Below are positions 43,461-55,836 of a stretch of DNA of 64,000 nt, in pieces. Location of the stretch: positions 96,001 to 160,000 of the forward strand of contig CAVXTH010000008.1 in the NCBI GenBank assembly GCA_963764625.1. Reading direction: 5' to 3'. The number at the start of each line of letters is the position of its first letter. Within the stretch, counting starts at the first letter, position 1. Both the position numbers and the translations under genes were made by a program. The notes beneath the pieces were generated by a model. It saw only the letters and a list, made by a program, of their open reading frames with translations, searched no databases and had not been told where the DNA came from. Source of the DNA: Candidatus Krumholzibacteriota bacterium (lineage in GTDB: Bacteria; Krumholzibacteriota; Krumholzibacteriia; JAJRXK01).

Positions 43461-44957
43461 TCACTTGTCCTGCGGTTCGAGAGCGACGTAGAGGGTCTGT
43501 TGGCCGCGCTGTACCAGCAGCACCACCGGCCGCTTCGCATCGTCCTTGCGCTGCTTGGCGACGGCTTTCACCAACTGGTCCACATTGCTTACCGGCTGCC
43601 GGTCGACCTGGAGGATCACGTCACCCTGCTGGATCCCCGCGCGCGCGGCCGGACTCCTGCGGCTCCACCCCGACCACGGTCGGGCCGGTGGTGTCCATGG
43701 GAAGTCTCAGTTGCTGCAAAAGCATCGGGGTGGCATCGTGCAGATGCAGTCCGTCGAGGATCGAATTTTGGTTGTCGGGACCGGGAGAGGTCACTCCCTC
43801 GGCTAGCTCCTCGTCGCTGGGCCGGGTTCCCAGAGTCACCGTGATGTCCTTGTTCTTGCCGTCCCGATTGATGGTGAGGGTCACCTTGGTCTTGGGCGGG
43901 GTATGCCCGATCTCGGTACGCAACTTCTCCATGGACTTCACCGGCTTGCCGTCAAGAGCCACGACGACGTCACCGGTCTTGAGCCCCGCGTCCGCGGCCG
44001 CGCTTCCGGCGACAACCGAAGTGACCGCCGCTCCGTGGGTGCCTTCATCGAGCCCGAGTCCGCGGGCCAGATTCTTGTTCACGTCCTGCAGGCTAACTCC
44101 CAGGTATCCGCGCACCACTTTGCCGTGCTCGCGCAGATTGTCCATCACGACCGACGCGAGGTTGACGGGGATTGCGAAGCCGATGCCCTGGCTGCCTCCG
44201 CTGCGGCTGAGGATGGCGGAGTTGATTCCCACCAGTTCTCCGCGCAGGTTCACCAACGCCCCGCCGGAGTTGCCGGGATTGATCGCGGCATCGGTCTGAA
44301 TGAAGTCTTCGTAGTCGGCCATGCCGATGCCGCGGTTCTTGGCGCTCACGATTCCCATCGTCACCGTCTCACCCACGCCAAATGGGTCACCGATCGCCAA
44401 CACGACCTCTCCCACTCTCAATTTCTCGCTGTCGCCCAGAGTAATCGGGGCGAGGCCTTTCTTGTCTACTTTCAACAGGGCCAGATCACTGGCCTTGTCG
44501 GTGCCAATGACTTTCGCTTCGAGATCATCGCCGTCTTGCGTGTGCACGCGAATTTCGTCGGCGCCATCTACCACGTGGTTGTTCGTGAGAATGTAGCCGT
44601 CGGGACTCACGATCACGCCCGAGCCCAAGCTCTTGGATTCCTGCTGCTGTGGTTGGCCGTTACCCGGGACGCCGAAGAAGCGGCGGAAGAACGGATCGTC
44701 TTCGAAGGGGCTCTGTAATTGACGCTGCGGGTGGTGAAGACGTTCACCACGCTCGGGGTTACCAGTGCCGCCACATCCGCGGTGTTGCGCAGCGGACCCA
44801 GCGCTTCTTGCGCGTGAGCATCGGTGGCGACCAGGGGATTGTCCGCGGGGCGCAGATTCCGTCCGATCAAAACTCCCGCGCTGAGAATTGCGACTGCGAA
44901 GAGTAAGAGGCTGAAAAGCCTGAGTTTGTGGGGAGCCGTTTCCCTGAGATTCAACAT
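43461..44957 (-). CDS. degP: DegP/DegQ (HtrA) serine protease with two PDZ domains and two apparent frameshifts
   Basis: TNNHV, DLAL and INPGNSGG catalytic triad. The N-terminus joins across ~44707-44715 (PFEDDPFFRRFFG); the second PDZ continues across ~43656 (SPAARAGIQQGDVI...EPQDK*). Confidence 0.85.
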
Positions 44958-45150
44958 GGGGTTTCCACCTTTCCGTCTCGATTTCAAGCTCACGGATTCA
45001 ACGAACTCAACAGGAAATGAGTTCCCGTTTTCTCTCGCTTTTTGCCTCGAGTCATCGATCGAAGGTTCGGCAAGAAACGAAAAAACCGGCCCCCATTCGG
45101 CGACCGGTTTCTCTTTGAGCTCGAACGCGACTGGGGGATTTACCCCAGGG

Positions 45151-45903
45151 TTAGACCCCGGCGGTCGCGGGAATCCAGCCGAAATGACGCAGACCGTCGA
45201 GAACTCCGGCGGGGCCGTCGGCCTTGGCCACGTAGACGTTGTGAAAGCGCGTCGCCTCTTTGATCATCTCTTCGGGACCGTGCGGGAAGCAGACGCCACG
45301 CCAACCGCGACCGAAAAGAGAAACGTCTCCCAAGCTCTCGCCATAGGCCAGGACGTTCATCGGGTTGTGGTTTTCTTCCACGACCCAACGACCCAGCGAG
45401 GATCCCTTGTCCACGCCGTAGGGCAGGACGTCCACCCGATTGTTCCGCCGCAGCACCAGGTGACAGCCAATCGAATCCGCTCCCTTCACCAGTGCTTCGT
45501 GCGCCTCTTCGTTCTCGTAGTGAACTGCCTGGCGGCAGGGAGAATCGTCGTCCAGAAGGTCGGCGCCTTCGATGGCATCGACGATCCGACTCACTGCCGT
45601 TTTGCCGGGCCACAGCTGAATGATGTTGCGTTGCAGCGTATCGATGGTGCCGCTTCCGTCACCCTTCAGCGCGGTGGTTCCGCTGTCGGAGAAGAAGACG
45701 TCGGGAACCGGTAGCTCGGCCTTGGCGGCCAGACCGATCAGTCCTTCTGCCGTGTCATGGCTCGTGTACACGAGGTGAAGTTGCTCGCGCGAGCCATCGA
45801 GGAGGTCGAGGAGTTCTTGTTTGGATGCGGCATCGGCTTGAAGGAAGGTCTCGTCGAGATCGATCGCCAAGACGAGGGGACGAGTCAGTTCGAGTGTAGC
45901 CAT
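45151..45903 (-). CDS. HAD superfamily IIB (sucrose-phosphatase-like) hydrolase
   Basis: IDLDETF motif I, DVLPYGVDKG, YGESLGD. Confidence 0.8.
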   Translation of the reverse strand: MATLELTRPLVLAIDLDETFLQADAASKQELLDLLDGSREQLHLVYTSHDTAEGLIGLAAKAELPVPDVFFSDSGTTALKGDGSGTIDTLQRNIIQLWPGKTAVSRIVDAIEGADLLDDDSPCRQAVHYENEEAHEALVKGADSIGCHLVLRRNNRVDVLPYGVDKGSSLGRWVVEENHNPMNVLAYGESLGDVSLFGRGWRGVCFPHGPEEMIKEATRFHNVYVAKADGPAGVLDGLRHFGWIPATAGV

Positions 45904-46083
45904 GGGATTCCTTGGATTCAGATTTTCTCGTTGTGAACCGGGCGAACCGCGAGGGAAAACGGTTGCGCATGAAGGCGGCCTCAAAGGCCACAAACCGGCT
46001 TGGAAGTGTAGGCTGACGGGCGTCCAGATGCAAGTTCGGGCCGCCCCAGCCCCTGCGGGCTGCCCCTGGGGGGCTCGCCTCGC

Positions 46084-47202
46084 TCAGCTCTCGTCGCGCA
46101 TGGCCTTCCAGCGCTGAATCCAGGCATCCCGGTTCTTCACCACGAACGCCCGGTCATAGTGCATGCCCCCGCTGCCGGTCTTCAAATCGGGCAGAGAGTG
46201 GTCCAGATAGCCCGGGAGGTCGATATCGGTGCGCAGGGGCACGCGGTGCCCCACTTCCACCTGGATCTTGGCCGCTTCTCTTCCGGTGAGAAAATCGAGG
46301 AAGCGCTGGCATGCCTCGAGATCGGTCGCGCCGGCCAGAATGCTGGCCGCTCCGACCTCGTATCCGGTTTCCCGGGGAATCGTCAGCTTCACCGGCAGGC
46401 GCTCGCTCTCGATGCGACGCAGCACATCGTGGGCCCAGGCTACGCCGAGGTCCATGGTGCCGGCCGCCACGCGGGAGATGGGCACGCTCGAGCGATCCTC
46501 CCAATGGACTTCGTTCTCGTCGAGCAGCTTCAGATACTCCCAGGATTTTTCGATCTCGTCCTGACGCTGGAGCTGGGTGGCGAGAAACACCAGGCCACCT
46601 CCGGATTTATCCGGCGCGGGAATGGAGACGCGGTTCTTGAAGCGCGGCTGGATCAGGGTGAGCCAATCCGGCGCGTGGGCCTGCAGCTCGGGAAGGGGCC
46701 GGTACACCAGCCCCAAAAGCCCCAGGTACATAGGTGTCCAGCGTCCCTCGGGGTCGTCGTAGAGGGTGGTGCGCCGGGAATCGGGGCGAATCTGGTGCGG
46801 GGCCAGGAGTTGCTTCTGCGCTAACTCTTCGTGGATTTCCACCGTTCCCCCCAACAGAACGTCGGGGTGGAGCCGTCCCTGGAGAATGAGGCCGGCCGTG
46901 GTCTGGGTTCCCCCCGCGAAGGGGTCCACGTCGCAGAGGATGCCGGTGCGCCGGGTGAAGGCTTCGGTCAAGGCCTGGGTGGTGGGTTGGTCGAAAACGC
47001 TCACGATGCGAATTCGGCGCGGGCGCGCCGACATGCGCGGGCCCAGGAGCGCCGGGGGCACCACCGCCAGCGCCAGCGTCACCACGAAGGCGAAGGTCAG
47101 AAGCGGGGGCGAGGACCGCCGCCGCACGAAGACGAGAGTTCCCAGAAGGCCGAGCGCGACTCCGAGCAGCAGCTCCAGAGCGAGCAGAGCGGAAGGTCCC
47201 AC
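46084..47202 (-). CDS. Fe(III)/AfuA-like solute-binding protein with N-terminal membrane helices
   Basis: PDVLLGG, PDKSGGG, WAHD, TGYEVGA motifs; two hydrophobic N-terminal segments. Confidence 0.75.
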   Translation of the reverse strand: MGPSALLALELLLGVALGLLGTLVFVRRRSSPPLLTFAFVVTLALAVVPPALLGPRMSARPRRIRIVSVFDQPTTQALTEAFTRRTGILCDVDPFAGGTQTTAGLILQGRLHPDVLLGGTVEIHEELAQKQLLAPHQIRPDSRRTTLYDDPEGRWTPMYLGLLGLVYRPLPELQAHAPDWLTLIQPRFKNRVSIPAPDKSGGGLVFLATQLQRQDEIEKSWEYLKLLDENEVHWEDRSSVPISRVAAGTMDLGVAWAHDVLRRIESERLPVKLTIPRETGYEVGAASILAGATDLEACQRFLDFLTGREAAKIQVEVGHRVPLRTDIDLPGYLDHSLPDLKTGSGGMHYDRAFVVKNRDAWIQRWKAMRDES

Positions 47203-47293
47203 CTCGACGGCCTCCTTGGGTGAAAACGGGCAGCCACGAACCGCGCCAGCTTAGGGCCCAGCCGGGCTTCGAGCAAGTGCACGCGCGCGTCCG

Positions 47294-47812
47294 CTACAGA
47301 TAGCGCTCCCGGATGATGCGGCGGTGATGGGACTCGTGCCCGGCGAGGATCCAGGGGATGGCGGCCACCTCGAACTCGCCTCCGCTCGCGACCCCCCGCC
47401 GCTGCCAGGCCGCCTCGGGCAGGCCCCGCCAGAAACGCAGGTGGCCCCCTCGCATCCATTGAAATTCCTCGATGAGTTCGGCGAGAGTGCGCAATTCGGG
47501 TTGGCTATGCGCCGCGTAGGCATCCTGATCGAAGCCGGGCAGAGGGGCGCGCTCGCCGCGGGCAAAGCACAGGGCCCTCGTAACGAAAATTCTCTCGGTG
47601 TCCATGAGGTGCACCAGGATTTCCTTGATGCTCCATTTTCCCGCCTGGTAGCGGTGCCGGGCCTGCTCCTCGTCGAGACCGCGCAAAAGAGCCTTGGTCT
47701 CGGTCCACGCCACCGCCAGGGTCATCACGATATCGCCGTCGGGGACCTCGGCGAGATACCGGAGGTAGGCGTCGGGAAGATCGCCGGCAAGCGGCCGCTT
47801 CGAAGTGCTCAT
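47294..47812 (-). CDS. DinB/YfiT-family protein
   Basis: YQAGKWSIKEILVHLMDTER...GFDQD...GHESHH. Confidence 0.88.
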   Translation of the reverse strand: MSTSKRPLAGDLPDAYLRYLAEVPDGDIVMTLAVAWTETKALLRGLDEEQARHRYQAGKWSIKEILVHLMDTERIFVTRALCFARGERAPLPGFDQDAYAAHSQPELRTLAELIEEFQWMRGGHLRFWRGLPEAAWQRRGVASGGEFEVAAIPWILAGHESHHRRIIRERYL

Positions 47813-49008
47813 GGTTCTGGATCCCAAGCCGGTTGGGGGCCCACCGCGCGCCGCAGACTCCTCCAGAGGGCGAGTGCCTTCGAGCTCACGGTCTGCGCGG
47901 CGCCCTTGCCCGCCTCCGCGGTGAACTTCACCAGGTTGAGGGACTGCACCACCGACTTGTTGAGCTCCTCCATGAAGAGCGCGGCCGAATCGCTGACCAG
48001 ATGAAAGGTCCGGCGGATGATACCCCGCTTGGTTCGTCCATCCCAAGCCCGAAACGAGCGGCACCGTTCCTGGGCCAGATAACCCACCTTCATCGTCATG
48101 AGTCCGTTGATGGTTCCATCCAGAACTGGACCCACCAGCGCGCCCAAGAGAGGAATGGTTCGGCCACCCTCGCCGAGCTTGCGCAGGAGGCTTCCCCCCA
48201 TGTCGCTGATCTGCTCGAGCACACTGGAGAGCAGAATGGCGGAGGAGACATCGCGCAGAATGAGCCAGGTGCCATAGAGTCCGGGTCGCCCGTAGTAGAG
48301 CCGCGCCAGCGAAGCCACCAGGTTGACTTGACGCCAGAGCACGAGAAACGCATCGAGCGTGCCGTTGGGTGAGAGGGCGGTCATCGATCCGATGGCCAAG
48401 GCCTCCCTATGGATGAGGGTTTCGGCGCGGCGGTCGAGCGGCGTGAGCAGGGGCAGCACCTCGTCGCGCTCCAGGCGGGTGATGCGCGCGGAAAGCTGGC
48501 GGACGTCTTGTTGCTGCCGCGCCTCGCGCCGCAAGGCGGCGACCGCGACGAGGGTGGCTTGCAGCTCCGGCTGCTTCGAAGCCAGCACCGGGTTCTGCTC
48601 CTGGGCCTTCAGGTAGCGCTCGAGGTAGAGGAGCTGGCGGCGCGCGTGGTCCGCGGTGCGCTCGGGCGCCGCGGGCATCCGGGGCGGAGCCACCACGCGG
48701 GGGAGACGAAAGACGCCCCACAGGGGACGGACAACCAGCCAACCCAAAAGGCCCGCGAAGACGAGCGCTCCCAAAAGGCCCAACCACGGGTGAATGTCCG
48801 CGAGCATGCGGTAGACCGAGGCGATCTGGGCCAGAACCAGGAGAGCCCCGCCCACGAGCAACAGGCGCAATCCCCATCGAAGACGCCGGAGCGCGGCGCG
48901 AACCACGCCGACAAACTCCCAGCCGGGTTCGCTACGATCCGCCGCGGAATCGGCCGGCAAACCGGGGTGGCGGAGATCTGTTTCTTGGATGCTCTTCTTC
49001 TGAGACAT
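47809..49008 (-). CDS. YcjF/DUF697-family membrane protein
   Basis: TALSPNGTLDA...LARLYYGRPG...DGTINGLMT; N-terminal TM pair. Confidence 0.78.
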   Translation of the reverse strand: MSQKKSIQETDLRHPGLPADSAADRSEPGWEFVGVVRAALRRLRWGLRLLLVGGALLVLAQIASVYRMLADIHPWLGLLGALVFAGLLGWLVVRPLWGVFRLPRVVAPPRMPAAPERTADHARRQLLYLERYLKAQEQNPVLASKQPELQATLVAVAALRREARQQQDVRQLSARITRLERDEVLPLLTPLDRRAETLIHREALAIGSMTALSPNGTLDAFLVLWRQVNLVASLARLYYGRPGLYGTWLILRDVSSAILLSSVLEQISDMGGSLLRKLGEGGRTIPLLGALVGPVLDGTINGLMTMKVGYLAQERCRSFRAWDGRTKRGIIRRTFHLVSDSAALFMEELNKSVVQSLNLVKFTAEAGKGAAQTVSSKALALWRSLRRAVGPQPAWDPEP

Positions 49009-49111
49009 ACTATTCACCTTGGCGGGGTCCTTCGAAACGAGTGTTTGAATTGAAGCCGTCGCGGCGCCATTCTCGAGTCCACCGCCCCACTTCAGAACAG
49101 GGAGCAGTTTC

Positions 49112-50397
<1,286 letters not shown>

Positions 50398-50401
<4 letters not shown>

Positions 50402-51633
50402 AGTCGAGTGTGCGTGGCGGGGTGCTTGACGACAGCGCGGGCGAAACCGCCATACTTCATGAGCTCCTCCAACCGGCAGGACCACACCAACTCGTCGCCG
50501 TACACGGTGAGATCGGGGCACGAATCACACATGTTCATTTCCCCCTGATCCAGCACGTCGATGGGTTGAATGATCATGACCGACTGCAGGCGGACCCGGT
50601 TCTTCCAGCGCCACGGGCGTAGCGCCCACCCCGAGAACGCCTTTCGCATGCCGGCGTCGAAGATGGAGGCAATCGCGCTGATGGAGCGCCCCTTGGCCAG
50701 GCTGGAGGGCGGCTCGTAGGCGAGCCAACGGCCCTTGCGAAAGTGATGCAGATTCTGGGCGAGCTCGGCAAAGCGCGGCCCCGCGTAGCCCAGCACTTCG
50801 CTCCCGTTTACCGCGTAGGTCGTCAGGAGCCACTTGAGCGAATCGAAATCGTGGGTGCCGTTCAGATAGGCGCTGGGCGCAAAGTCCGGCATGCCTTTGC
50901 GGATCTCCGCCACCACGTCGCGCGAAGAAATGTCCAGGCGCTTTCCCCCGGTGGGGCGGCTGTAGATCAACTCGTTCATGTCGATCTTCTCGGCGCCCAC
51001 GTAGTAGTCGAACTCGTCGTGCCGGCCGCACGCGGCCTGGCGGTAGCAGATGAAGACCATGACATGCACCCGGTCCGCGTGCTGCTGCGCCCACCTTACC
51101 ATCTCGGGTGCGTAGTGCAGCGTGTCCTCATACACGGTGGAATTGAACGCCACGGAGATGTCGCCGGCGCGCGCCGTCCTCTCGGCGAGTTCCAACCTCA
51201 GAGCGTTGAGTTCCAGTTCATTCTTGCCCATCCACCCGGGGCGCTTCTGTCCGCTGTCCACGTGGAAAGTGAATCCGGCGACGCCGGCGCGTGCGAGTCC
51301 TTCGAGCATTTCGTCACTGAGCCCCAGGCCGTTGGTGTTGACCACCGGCTTCCAGCCTCGCTCTTTGACCATGGCCACGATGTCCACGATCTGGGGATGG
51401 ACCAGCGGATCACCCCCGGCGATGGAGACTCCGTCGAAGTTCCTCTGCCGCGCGAAGACGTCGAGTTCATGGGAGATCTCGGCGAGGGACTTGTGCGAGT
51501 TCTTCTCGTTTTTTCGATAACAGCCTTCGCAGTAGAGATTGCAGGCGGAAGTGACCTCCAGCCAGGCGATGGAGTTGTCCGCCGTGCTCCAGGGCAGGCG
51601 ATAGAGCGAACGAGCGTTTGGATTCACGGGCAT
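50398..51633 (-). CDS. Radical SAM protein with C-terminal MCDSCPD...SCRLEE cysteine cluster
   Basis: CNLYCEGC, AGGDPLVHP, NTNG motifs. Confidence 0.85.
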
Positions 51634-51732
51634 GGGACCGTCCTTTTTGAGGGTTATCGGGTAGTGTTACTCTTGTACTTGAGGGTCCGCAACGCGGAAC
51701 GGCCCCGGCGAGCGGATGCGCCCCGAGGGGGG

Positions 51733-53136
51733 CTAGAACTGGAAGTAGATGAAGGGGCTGTTGCCAAAGGGGGCGTAGAGGAGAATGGCGATGAGCATTC
51801 CCACCACCACACCCCACATGAGCGGCTGCTTGAAGTCGATGATGAGTTCGCGGTCGTCCCGCAGAACCACCGCCAAGTGCAGGGCCGCCCCGAGCGCGAT
51901 GACCACCATGGCCTGCACGTAGTACCACTCGATGCCTCGCGAGTTCACGAAAGCGAGTTTTTGCAGGTAGGTCCACGCAGTGGTGAAGTCCTGGGAGCGG
52001 AAGAACACCCAGGTCACCAACACGAAGACGTAGGTCGCGGCCCACGAGAGAATCTTGCGCGGAAGACCGGGCGCGGGCGCGTTCTCCCCGCGCAGCGTCA
52101 GGTACAACTTGTGAACCGCCAGGGCCACCCCGTGCAGGCCGCCCCACACCACGAAATTCCATGAAGCTCCGTGCCACAGACCACCCAAAAGCATGGTGAG
52201 CATGAGGTTCACGTAGGTGCGCGCGCGACCCTTCCGGTTTCCTCCCAGGGAGATGTACAGATAGTCGCGCAACCATCCGCTGAGGGTGATGTGCCAGCGC
52301 CGCCAGAATTCAGTGACGTTCAGGCTGCGATAGGGATGCCGGAAGTTCACCGGCAACTCGAAGCCCATCATCCGGCCCACGCCGATGGCCATGTCACTGT
52401 AGCCCGAGAAGTCGTAGTAGATCTGGAAGGCGTAGGCGATGACGGCCATCCACGCGGTTCCCGACGAATAGGCTGCGGGGTGAGCGAACACCGGATCGAC
52501 GAAGGTGGCGAGGGTGTCGGCAAATAACACCTTCTTGGTGAACCCGCGCAGAAAGATGTCCAGGCCGGCCTGGATGTTCGACTTGCGCAGAGGATGCACA
52601 AACGCGAGCTGCGGCAAGAACTCAGCGCCCCGAACGATGGGCCCCGCCACCAACTGCGGGAAGAACGAGACGAAGAGCGCGAAGTCGCGGAAGTTGTGGG
52701 TGGCCGGAAGCTTCCTGCGATACACGTCGATGGAATAGCTCATCGTCTGGAAGGTGAAGAACGAAACCCCCACCGGCAGGATGATGTTGAGGTGCGGGAG
52801 GGTTACCCCCACCGCGCCGAACAGCGGCCTGAAATTTCCCAGGAAAAAGTTCGCGTACTTGAAAACGCTCAGAATGCCGAGGTTCGCAACCAAGCTCACC
52901 ACGAGCCATCGCTTACGCGCACCCTGGGTCGAGCTGCGCTCCATGAAGCGTCCCGCCGCGTAGTCGATGATGGTCGATACGAGAATGAGGAAGCAGAAGC
53001 GCCAATCCCACCAGCCGTAGAAGACGTAGCTCGCCACCAGGAGAAGGTTGCGGCGACCCTCTTCCCTGCGCAGCAAACCCAGACCCAAGAGGACCAGAGC
53101 CAAAAAGACAAAGAACTCGATCGAGGAAAAGATCAT
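51733..53136 (-). CDS. MBOAT O-acyltransferase (AlgI/PatA-like)
   Basis: PVGVSFFTFQ, FFPQLVAGPI, DFSGYSD, FWRRWHITL, GLWHGA. Confidence 0.93.
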   Translation of the reverse strand: MIFSSIEFFVFLALVLLGLGLLRREEGRRNLLLVASYVFYGWWDWRFCFLILVSTIIDYAAGRFMERSSTQGARKRWLVVSLVANLGILSVFKYANFFLGNFRPLFGAVGVTLPHLNIILPVGVSFFTFQTMSYSIDVYRRKLPATHNFRDFALFVSFFPQLVAGPIVRGAEFLPQLAFVHPLRKSNIQAGLDIFLRGFTKKVLFADTLATFVDPVFAHPAAYSSGTAWMAVIAYAFQIYYDFSGYSDMAIGVGRMMGFELPVNFRHPYRSLNVTEFWRRWHITLSGWLRDYLYISLGGNRKGRARTYVNLMLTMLLGGLWHGASWNFVVWGGLHGVALAVHKLYLTLRGENAPAPGLPRKILSWAATYVFVLVTWVFFRSQDFTTAWTYLQKLAFVNSRGIEWYYVQAMVVIALGAALHLAVVLRDDRELIIDFKQPLMWGVVVGMLIAILLYAPFGNSPFIYFQF

Positions 53137-54190
53137 GGGAGATGTTTCCTCAGCTCGGCCGCCAACAACTCCCCCACCACGCGATGGCCTCGTGCGTTCA
53201 TGTGGCCCTTTCCCATCTCACTGTTCTGGAATCCGTGACACGGTTGCCCGTGCAGGCGGTACTCCTTCAGCAGCGCATCGGTGGGATCGATGAGCGTGGC
53301 CCCGCAGCTTGCGGCGAACTGGCGGTATACCTCGCGGTGCTGTGGGGTGTAGAGCTGACCCCCGTTCTTGGAATAGTCGATCCGCGGGATGTAGAGATAG
53401 ACGATGTCGGGATACAGACGAGACATTCGCTGGTGCAGGTATGTCAGCATGTCCACCGCGTCGGCCGGAAAGCTCGTGTCGAAACTCTCGGCCGCCTGCG
53501 CCGGCGGCGGGGAGAAGTGTTTGGCGAGCCGGTCTCGCTCCAGACGAGTCAATACGTCCGTCCGCCTCTCGACGAGGGTGAAGAGGGCGGAGAGGTGCTT
53601 CGCCTCGGCTCCCCAACGGTAAATCCTGTCGGCGGGTGGCGACTTTCTTGGGGATGACGAGTTGGTATCCGTCGTCCGTCCGGCGGAGATGGATCTCCCA
53701 TTCGCGCGTGAACTCCTGTAGATCGAGGTCGTTGAGCTGGATGATCAGAACATCGGGGTCGAATTCGGGTGCGCGCAGCTTGACGAAGGCGGCGATATCC
53801 GGTGGCCCCCAGCCCGAGCGCCCCGCGTTGCACACTTCCAGCCCGTCGACCTCGGACTCGGCGATGCTGCCAAAGTTCTGGTCCGGATACACTTGCATCG
53901 CCTCGGTGAAGGAGTCTCCCACCATCAGGGCCCGCAGCCGCGGCTTTTGGGGCAAAGGATCCGCGTCGTTGAAGCCGTAGCAGATTCATACGGGCTCTGC
54001 TGTAGCCCTCGGAGCTGAAGACCTGGCGCGAATAGGGGCGTTGAAAGTACTCGAACTGCGGATCGGGCTCGGTGGTCGAAGGGGTGGCAATCCATGAGCG
54101 CAGAACGAACTCCATGGCAAGCAGCACGAAGACGACCGCGCCGAAGCCGGCCAAAACCCGCTTGAAATGGGATAGGGACGGTGTGGTCAT
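53133..54190 (-). CDS. Membrane-anchored SGNH/GDSL-like protein (MBOAT partner) with two apparent frameshifts
   Basis: TM anchor, GDSFTE, NAGRSG, LND and GHMNARGH blocks lie in three frames, with junctions at ~53985 and ~53645. Confidence 0.75.
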
Positions 54191-54278
54191 GAGGGGAAAA
54201 AGTATAGCACAGCGCATTCCAGCCACGCGAGAGTGGGAGAGGCGCGCGGCGACTTTACTTTCTTGAGCGCCGGCGGAC

Positions 54279-55706
54279 TCAGCCACCGTGCCCGAGGAGC
54301 TTCTTCAGGGTCTCCACCAACTTGCCGCGCTCCAAGGAGAACTGTCCGGGGCGCTGCTGCACCCACTCGGTCCGGTCATCCATCGAGTCCGCCGCGCGCG
54401 CGCCTTCCTCGAGATCCTTGATCGTTACCTTTTCTTCCTTCAGCTCATCCTCACCCAGGATGATGGCGTAGGGAATCCGCCAGAACGACGCGTACTTGAG
54501 CTGGTCTCCGAGGCGCGCCTTGGGGTTGAGGTAGATCTCCGCATTGAACCCCGCCTCGCGGAGCTCGCGCACCAGGCCCTGGTAGGTGAGGAGGAGCTTA
54601 CGGTCTATGATGGTGACGAGAACTTCGGTCGCGGTGCCGTCGGGGCTCCTCTTCTCGAGCTGATCGAGCGCGGCCAGCAGCCGGTCGATTCCGATCGAGG
54701 CCCCCACGCCGGGCAACTGTTCTCCACTGAAGCGGGAAACGAGTTCGTCGTAGCGCCCGCCGCCCATGATCGAGCCGTAGTCGGGAAGCTCGTCGAGCGT
54801 GGCCTCGAAGATGGGCCCGGTGTAGTAGTCCATGCCGCGCGCCAGTTTGGGCGAGAAGCGCACCTGGTCCGCGCACCCCATAACCTGGAGGTGCGCCCGC
54901 AATTCGTCGATCTCGCGCAGCGCGGTCTCGGCGCCCTTCGCCGAGGACAAAAAGGCCTTCGACTTGGCCACCAGACCGTCGTCGGTCGCATCTTGCAGCT
55001 GCAGGAAGTTGCTCAGAGCGTCGATCTGCGAATCCGGGAGGCCGAGCCCGGGGATGGGCGCGCCCGATTCCGGATCTGTCCGGCCCGGCCCCAATTCGTC
55101 CCGCACACCCTCGGCGCCAATCTTATCTTCCTTGTCGATGATGCGGATGACGCTGGCGGCGCGGCTTGGCTGAACCTCGGCCAGCCTGAGCGCGGCGTTG
55201 AGCACGCCGCGGTGGTTCCAGCGAATCGTGTGCGCGGGCACCCCCAGCGCACGCAGCACCTGACTCATCGCGCCCAGAATCTCCGCGTCGGCCAGCATGG
55301 AGCGACTTCCCACCGTATCGATGTCGAACTGCAGGAACTCGCGAAACCGCCCGGCGCCCGGTTTGTCCACGCGGAACACGGGACCCACCTGATAGCGCTT
55401 GAAGGGGCGGCGCAGTTCGGGGTGCGAGGCCACGAAACGCGCCAAAGGAACGGTGAGATCGAAGCGCAGGCCCAGCTCCGCGTCTTCCTCTTCGTGTCTC
55501 CAGCTGAAAATGCGCTGGGAGGTTTCGCCCGCCTTGGCGCCGACGAGCACTTCCCTGGTCTCGATGATGGGGGTCTCCAGAGGCTGAAAGCCAAAGAGTT
55601 CGAAAACACCCTGAATGGTCTCGATCATCCGCTGACGGCGCCGAATCGGTGATCCGACGAGATCACGCATCCCCTTGGCGAGTTTGGCTTCGATGCGCTT
55701 GGCCAT
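54279..55706 (-). CDS. hisS: Histidyl-tRNA synthetase, divergent (alphaproteobacterial-like) type
   Basis: KGMRD, LRFDLTVP, FRVDKPGAGRFREFLQFDID, ARGMDYYTG, GGGRYD, anticodon-binding domain. Confidence 0.95.
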   Translation of the reverse strand: MAKRIEAKLAKGMRDLVGSPIRRRQRMIETIQGVFELFGFQPLETPIIETREVLVGAKAGETSQRIFSWRHEEEDAELGLRFDLTVPLARFVASHPELRRPFKRYQVGPVFRVDKPGAGRFREFLQFDIDTVGSRSMLADAEILGAMSQVLRALGVPAHTIRWNHRGVLNAALRLAEVQPSRAASVIRIIDKEDKIGAEGVRDELGPGRTDPESGAPIPGLGLPDSQIDALSNFLQLQDATDDGLVAKSKAFLSSAKGAETALREIDELRAHLQVMGCADQVRFSPKLARGMDYYTGPIFEATLDELPDYGSIMGGGRYDELVSRFSGEQLPGVGASIGIDRLLAALDQLEKRSPDGTATEVLVTIIDRKLLLTYQGLVRELREAGFNAEIYLNPKARLGDQLKYASFWRIPYAIILGEDELKEEKVTIKDLEEGARAADSMDDRTEWVQQRPGQFSLERGKLVETLKKLLGHGG

Positions 55707-55747
55707 GAGCTAGAGTCTCGGGCCTTCTGAGGCAGAGGAAGGAGGCA

Positions 55748-55824
55748 TGGTACTGGCGGGTGGATTCGAACCACCGACCCCCAGATCCACAATCTGGTGC
55801 TCTAACCAACTGAGCTACGCCAGC
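55748..55824 (-). tRNA. tRNA-His(GUG), CCA encoded, no encoded G-1, A73
   Basis: GCTGGCG TA GCTC AGTTGGTTA GAGC A CCAGA TT GTG GA TCTGG GGGTC GGTGG TTCGAAT CCACC CGCCAGT A CCA folds into a full cloverleaf. Confidence 0.96.
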
Positions 55825-55836
55825 ACGCGGGGGTCT

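Noticed and set aside
43461-44957. Programmed frameshifting in degP
   Set aside because: No slippery heptamer or stimulatory structure seen, and similar indels in neighbouring genes favour sequencing error.
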